Source of the DNA: Verrucomicrobiota bacterium
Lineage (GTDB): Bacteria > Verrucomicrobiota > Verrucomicrobiia > Opitutales > Seribacteraceae
Assembly (NCBI GenBank): GCA_027622665.1
Contig: JAQBYT010000001.1
Coordinates: forward strand, 96,001 to 160,000
Direction of reading: 5' to 3'
Length of the DNA stretch: 64,000 nucleotides
This document shows, piece by piece, positions 62,536-64,000 of this stretch (its first letter is position 1; the number at the start of each line of letters is the position of its first letter). The notes under the pieces are model-generated. The model saw only the letters and a list, made by a program, of their open reading frames with translations, searched no databases and was not told where the DNA came from. Made by a program: the position numbers and the translations under genes.

Positions 62536-63326
62536 ATCAAATCGATCCGGTTGAACACGGTAGGGTTCTTACCCTGCCGAAACTGTTGCCTAACATCTTC
62601 ACTACAATAGGCCTATGCGTCGGTCTCACGGGAATGCGTTTCGCGATGGAAGGCGAGTGGGAAAAAGCGGTCTTCTCCATACTCGTTGCGGCCGCTTTTG
62701 ATACCGTGGACGGTCTGTCCGCTCGATTACTCAAAGCCCATTCTCGTTTTGGGGCAGAACTGGATAGCTTGGCTGACACAATAAGTTTTGGTGTTGCTCC
62801 CGCGGTAGTAATATATCTCTGGATTCGAGCGCCATTGATCGGTAGCAATTCGGAACACCTACTCGAGTGGTTTTGGATTCCGATACTCGCATTTTCGACC
62901 TGCAATGCCTTGCGCTTGGCTCGTTTCAACGTCATGCACGAAGAAGGCAAACCGAGAGACAATACTTATTTCACAGGGGCTCCGGCTCCGGCCGCTGCAG
63001 GAATGGCAATGATGCCGATGGGTATGGAATTCATTCTCAAGCGTTTTCAATCTGGTTTCATTGTTGCCGAATACCCTCTTTGGGTTCTCGGTTGGGTTGT
63101 GGCGATATCTCTACTCATGATTAGCCGAGTCCCCACCTTTTCATTCCGAAACGTTCGTTTTCGGGTTGCTCGAAATCGAGCTATCCTCGTGCTTTTGGCG
63201 GTGGGATTAAGCGTTGCTGTGTTTTCGGAGGAACCTTGGATATTCCTTTTTTCGCTTGGAGCCCTGTATCTATCAAGCTTGCCGTTCAGCATAATTGCCT
63301 ACCGTAAAGACAATCCAAGGAAATAA
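62532..63326 (+). CDS. pssA: CDP-diacylglycerol--serine O-phosphatidyltransferase (CDP-alcohol phosphatidyltransferase family)
   Basis: LPNIFT, DTVDGLSAR...SRFGAELDSLAD.ISFGVAP, LRLARFN, YFTG.PAP. Confidence 0.85.
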   Translation: MNQIDPVEHGRVLTLPKLLPNIFTTIGLCVGLTGMRFAMEGEWEKAVFSILVAAAFDTVDGLSARLLKAHSRFGAELDSLADTISFGVAPAVVIYLWIRAPLIGSNSEHLLEWFWIPILAFSTCNALRLARFNVMHEEGKPRDNTYFTGAPAPAAAGMAMMPMGMEFILKRFQSGFIVAEYPLWVLGWVVAISLLMISRVPTFSFRNVRFRVARNRAILVLLAVGLSVAVFSEEPWIFLFSLGALYLSSLPFSIIAYRKDNPRK

Positions 63327-63330
63327 TATC

Positions 63331-63999
63331 CTAAGACTCGTTTTCGGACTTTGATGCGGCAATTTGTGCAAGATAAGCGTTCGCTTTGGCATTGGAAGGT
63401 TCAATGTCGGTAACAATAAGAAAGTGCATCTCTGCTTTATTGAGGTCTCCTCCCGTAAGAGCAATTTCTCCTAATCGAAAATGGGCGGGGGGATGAGCCC
63501 ATTCAGCTTGAACGACAGCTTCGTAGTGTCCGGTGGCTTCGTTTGCTCGATCACTGTCGTCGAGAAGAACGGCTAGTTCATAACGGGCTGGAGCGAATGC
63601 CGGCGATGCGGCAACCGCCTTGTCAAGAAACTGAATTGCTTTTCCATTGCGCCCCTCCAACGCTTCAATCTTGGCCAAATGACATAATACGGGGGACTGG
63701 GAACGCCGAGCATTATCTGCCTTTTCCAAACAACGTCGCGCTCTAATGAAATTTGCGTTGTCGGCAGCAATGTCCGAGTCTTCCTTGAATTGCTTCTCAT
63801 CTTTCTGGAATGTGCTCAGAGCCTCTATTAAGTCTTTCTTTGCTGCATCTGTCTTACCTTGCTCGATAAACACCTCTGCTCTTTCCAGAAGAGACTGTCC
63901 CTTAACTTCGGGTTCTTGAATGGCGAGAGTTAGAAATCTTTCAACCTGAACATGATCGCTCTCTCCAAGTGCAAATCTCGCCAGGCAAAGGTGAGCATC
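63331..63999 (-). CDS. Tetratricopeptide repeat protein (5' truncated by window)
   Basis: Frame open to the window end; several TPR-like repeats (A...A.....P....A...L). Confidence 0.8.
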   Translation of the reverse strand, partial: DAHLCLARFALGESDHVQVERFLTLAIQEPEVKGQSLLERAEVFIEQGKTDAAKKDLIEALSTFQKDEKQFKEDSDIAADNANFIRARRCLEKADNARRSQSPVLCHLAKIEALEGRNGKAIQFLDKAVAASPAFAPARYELAVLLDDSDRANEATGHYEAVVQAEWAHPPAHFRLGEIALTGGDLNKAEMHFLIVTDIEPSNAKANAYLAQIAASKSENES

Positions 64000-64000
64000 T

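Overview
Bacterial chromosomal window, most consistent with a Verrucomicrobiota (Opitutales/Puniceicoccaceae-like) genome. This is inferred from the PVC-type DUF1501 and PSD1-cytochrome c genes, the short ATP synthase delta subunit and the insertions in Gnd and AtpA. Core genes: hrpB (partial), yraN, zwf, gnd, gmk, miaB, dinB, PPi-dependent PEP carboxykinase, tRNA-Ile(CAT), atpBEFHAGDC, recA-mnmE-mnmG-trmB, moaC-mobA-moaD-moaE and pssA. These are interleaved with GC-richer blocks of exported PVC-type proteins (HzsA-like haem protein, two PSD1/DUF1553 cytochromes, four Tat-exported DUF1501 proteins, two esterases, PhoD) and with an EPS export locus (O-antigen ligase-like, beta-barrel, Wza, Wzc). 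The most notable hidden features are: (1) a leader-peptide/terminator/antiterminator attenuator controlling a small stand-alone protein resembling an integrase arm-binding domain; (2) two tandem parS centromere sites written in-frame into mnmG, suggesting the window is origin-proximal; (3) an ogt-HAD-nucleosidase-SPL-like radical SAM operon; (4) a novel Ala/Gly helical-repeat secreted protein beside the O-antigen ligase-like gene; (5) a tandem-repeat-expanded Wzc tyrosine cluster. No CRISPR array, rRNA, integrase or transposase was seen. All calls come from motif recognition by eye; no searches were run.
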